Positions 62,401 through 64,000 of a stretch of 64,000 nt of DNA are shown here, piece by piece. Source of the DNA: Octopus sinensis (taxonomy: Eukaryota); contig NC_042999.1 of the NCBI RefSeq assembly GCF_006345805.1, forward strand, positions 87,234,001 through 87,298,000, read 5' to 3'. Both the position numbers and the translations under genes were made by a program. The notes under the pieces were generated by a model that saw only the letters and a list, made by a program, of their open reading frames with translations, was not told the origin of the DNA and made no database searches. Positions within the stretch are counted from its first letter, which is position 1. The number at the start of each line of letters is the position of its first letter.

Positions 62401-63505
62401 TTTATTGATTTCGCTTTATTGACCAATGGTAGACAATGTATAGATAAACTTTCACATACAGATGATTGTCTTTTGCACAGTTTCGGCCTTTCAAATTCCA
62501 CCCACAAAGATATTGGTCAACCCAAAGCTATAGAACAGCCCAAAGTGTTTTGCAGTGAAATTGAAGTTACAGACATCTTGCAAAGCATACAGTCATGTTC
62601 ACACCTAATTTATGTGAGCATGGAAAATTTCATAAAATGCTTCTTATGGTGATAATTTCTGTGGCCTTGATCTTGTGATATAATCTCTTGTACAGGGAAT
62701 TAAATCATAGTAGAAGTTGGATTATAATTTTAAATGAGGCCACAAGAGAAATTTGTAGCTAGAAGTTACCACACTTCATTATATAATTTCCTGCTTTCAG
62801 TCATCATTCCTGTGTAATGTGAAACTTGTTTCATTAGAGGCAATTGCAAATAAAACAATTTTTCACTTCTTAACATCTGCAATAAATTGTTTATGAATTC
62901 ATTTGTAATTTTTAGTTTGGAGATAAAATTAACTGTGTTGCATTAATATAATATTTTTGTTGTCTCTGCTTTTCATCAAGTCTTTAATGGTATTGATGTG
63001 CTTGTTATACATAGTAGTATTTCGTTGCATACATTTTAAAATAGCACTACTGATAACTTCATCTTCAGCAATTCAAGGGAGGATACACTCGAAAGATTTT
63101 TTTATTGTCTTCTCCTGGTTTAGGAGATGATTTGAGTTTAGTATTGCTGATTAATAAAATACCAGTTATCCAGTGCTCCAATGCATATAGCAGTCAATTA
63201 TACCTCAGCCATAGACAGCCAGGTGGACTTTACCTTTGAGATATATATTATTGCCAAAGATACTGTGATACTCTGTTTATCTGATACAAATAACTAGACT
63301 ATTCTTCAGTTTGTGGCCAATACCTTATCAGTTCAGTCAAATATAACTCAGAAAGAGGTTTAATTAAATAATTCTTATTTTTATTGCAGCCCTTCGTGGT
63401 GGTAGACAAAGTCGATTGCAGCAACTAATAAATTGGTGTGGAGGAAAAGATTTTGATGGTTGCCTCATCTTTGATGAATGCCATAAAGCGAAGAATTTTG
63501 TTCCT
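43560..63505 (+). CDS. SBNO: Strawberry notch (SBNO)-family helicase-like protein, 8 coding exons, 525 aa in window, 3'-incomplete
   Basis: Spliced translation contains [28 protein letters not shown], Walker [43 protein letters not shown] and Walker B/DEx[16 protein letters not shown]. These are collinear with the SBNO/FORGETTER1 N-terminal P-loop domain. All introns are GT-AG and phases join in frame. Confidence 0.95.
45050..45480 (-). mobile_element. Degenerate RTE LINE 3' coding fragment
   Basis: Homologous to 12745-13010 and 28200-28700 (CAGTCTTCTCTCTTGCACAC...CATCCAGTAGAGCATGCT). Confidence 0.55.
46127..46322. mobile_element. piggyBac-type MITE copy (opposite orientation)
   Basis: TTAA|CCCTTCAGCATT ... 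AATACTAAAGGA|TTAA. Confidence 0.75.
49048..49267. mobile_element. piggyBac-type MITE copy
   Basis: TTAA|CCCTTTTGCGTT ... AATGCTAATGGG|TTAA; body matches 30536-30754. Confidence 0.8.
49278..49645 (+). mobile_element. Helentron-associated (HINE/DINE-like) non-autonomous element
   Basis: 5' TTACCTCTAC..GCAGAGGT hairpin, (TGTT)n tract, 3' sub-TIR CCTTGGTGGAGGT followed by GCTCTGTGAGTGC. Confidence 0.55.
49690..49780 (+). CDS. SBNO: SBNO-like exon 2 ([31 protein letters not shown])
   Basis: tttttacag|C ... GCA|gtatgt; 91 nt. Confidence 0.9.
50615..50790 (-). mobile_element. Family A copy
   Basis: TTTAACGTCTGTTTTCCATGC...CTGGATGCCCTTTCTAATGCCAACCACTCC...TGCCACCGG on the + strand. Confidence 0.8.
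52561..53910 (-). mobile_element. 5'-truncated CR1-clade LINE (RT C-terminal half, 3'UTR and (TTA)n tail), antisense in the SBNO intron
   Basis: [17 protein letters not shown] (frameshifted), [39 protein letters not shown] and TRGH..FFTLRV..WNRLP; tail seen as (TAA/TGA)n at 52561-52600 on the + strand. Confidence 0.92.
54085..54130 (-). ncRNA. Hammerhead-like motif lacking an intact cleavage triplet
   Basis: Minus strand AACAC-CTGATGA-A-GGCTG(GAGAGTACAT)CAGCC-GAAAC-GTGAT: core and 5-bp stem II are intact, but no NUH lies between stem III and stem I. Confidence 0.55.
54179..54346 (-). mobile_element. tRNA-like sequence (about 54240-54310, -) flanked by 32-bp inverted arms
   Basis: Arms 54179-54210 and 54315-54346 match 30/32. 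Minus interior has A-box TAGCGTAGTGG and B-box AGTTCAATCCC. Confidence 0.7.
55632..55822 (+). mobile_element. Family A copy
   Basis: GTGCCGGTGGCACATAAAAAGCATCC, core, (GAT)n tail. Confidence 0.85.
57225..57332 (+). CDS. SBNO: SBNO-like exon 3 ([36 protein letters not shown])
   Basis: tttgtag| ... GCT|gtaagt; 108 nt. Confidence 0.93.
57878..57964 (+). CDS. SBNO: SBNO-like exon 4 with Walker A ([29 protein letters not shown])
   Basis: ttttcag| ... CAG|gtgagt; 87 nt. Confidence 0.96.
58106..58430 (-). mobile_element. Family A copy with three internal units
   Basis: (CAT)n start, core, repeated GTGCTTTTTA(C/T)GTGCCA units on the + strand. Confidence 0.85.
58740..58895. mobile_element. Partial piggyBac-type MITE copy
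   Basis: CATAAAACAGGTAGAATATTTGG...TTGCTAAAGGTTTAA matches the MITE right end. Confidence 0.55.
59244..59335 (+). CDS. SBNO: SBNO-like exon 5 ([31 protein letters not shown])
   Basis: atttcag| ... AG|gtagaa; 92 nt. Confidence 0.95.
60649..60717 (+). CDS. SBNO: SBNO-like exon 6 ([23 protein letters not shown])
   Basis: ttttccag| ... CG|gtaaat; 69 nt. Confidence 0.93.
61726..61808 (+). CDS. SBNO: SBNO-like exon 7 ([27 protein letters not shown])
   Basis: tttgcag| ... G|gtaagt; 83 nt. Confidence 0.93.
63390..63505 (+). CDS. SBNO: SBNO-like exon 8 with DExH Walker B ([39 protein letters not shown])
   Basis: ttgcag| ... CCT|gtaggt; 116 nt. Confidence 0.95.
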
Positions 63506-63894
63506 GTAGGTATTTCATATTAAACAAAAGAGGAATATTTTTAAAGAAAGAGTGATATTGTCATTCTGTTTTATTTTGTCCATTGAAGGTTTTGATTCTT
63601 TTGTCATTATGTTTATTGTTGTGTTTTTCTTGTGAATTCTTTATAAATATATAGATTTGCTAGAATTTTATTTCATATTGGATTTAAGAGACATATCTAC
63701 ATTTCCAAAACAAGATTTTCTAATTTAGTTTATTTAGAACTAGTAATCACTTAGTAAAATGTAAACTATTAGGAACATCTGATTTATTCTAAATAGTTCA
63801 ATTGTCATTGAGAATTGAGTTTAAAATTTATTAATAGGTGTAAGACCAGTGAGAACAATCAAAATCAAATCATATATCAGAAAGCAGGGGTTAA

Positions 63895-64000
63895 GTGACC
63901 CATCTGTTCGTGTCCGCTGTCAGCCTCGTCTGGCACCCGTGCCGGTGATACGTAAAAGCACCATTCGCTCATGGCCGTTTGCCAGCTCTGCCTGGCCCCG
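63895..64000 (+). mobile_element. Family A copy cut by the window end
   Basis: GGCACCCGTGCCGGTGATACGTAAAAGCACCATTCG unit. Confidence 0.75.

Overview
AT-rich, repeat-dense animal genomic DNA. The repeat families, long (TA)n satellites and intron sizes suggest a coleoid cephalopod such as Octopus (inference). The right third holds the first eight coding exons of a + strand strawberry-notch (SBNO)-family P-loop/DExH helicase-like gene. The exons are 43560-44488, 49690-49780, 57225-57332, 57878-57964, 59244-59335, 60649-60717, 61726-61808 and 63390-63505. All junctions are GT-AG and phase-compatible, giving 525 codons, and the gene continues past the window. The left end probably holds the first coding exon (MEDDTDYITK) of a divergently transcribed - strand gene and a CpG-retaining promoter zone. 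The ~40 kb in between is mostly mobile DNA: Penelope-like elements, RTE and CR1/L2 LINE remnants, about 19 RTE-tail repeats, tRNA-derived SINEs, Helitron/Helentron-type elements, and piggyBac and hAT MITEs. The most unusual signals are (i) a fold-back element whose loop contains a 39/40 match to the 28S rRNA R2 target site next to an RTE 5'-like motif, (ii) a tRNA-like sequence between 32-bp inverted arms joined to a hammerhead-like motif, and (iii) several minimal hammerhead ribozyme motifs. Repeat boundaries are read by eye and approximate (about +/-20 bp). No database search was run.
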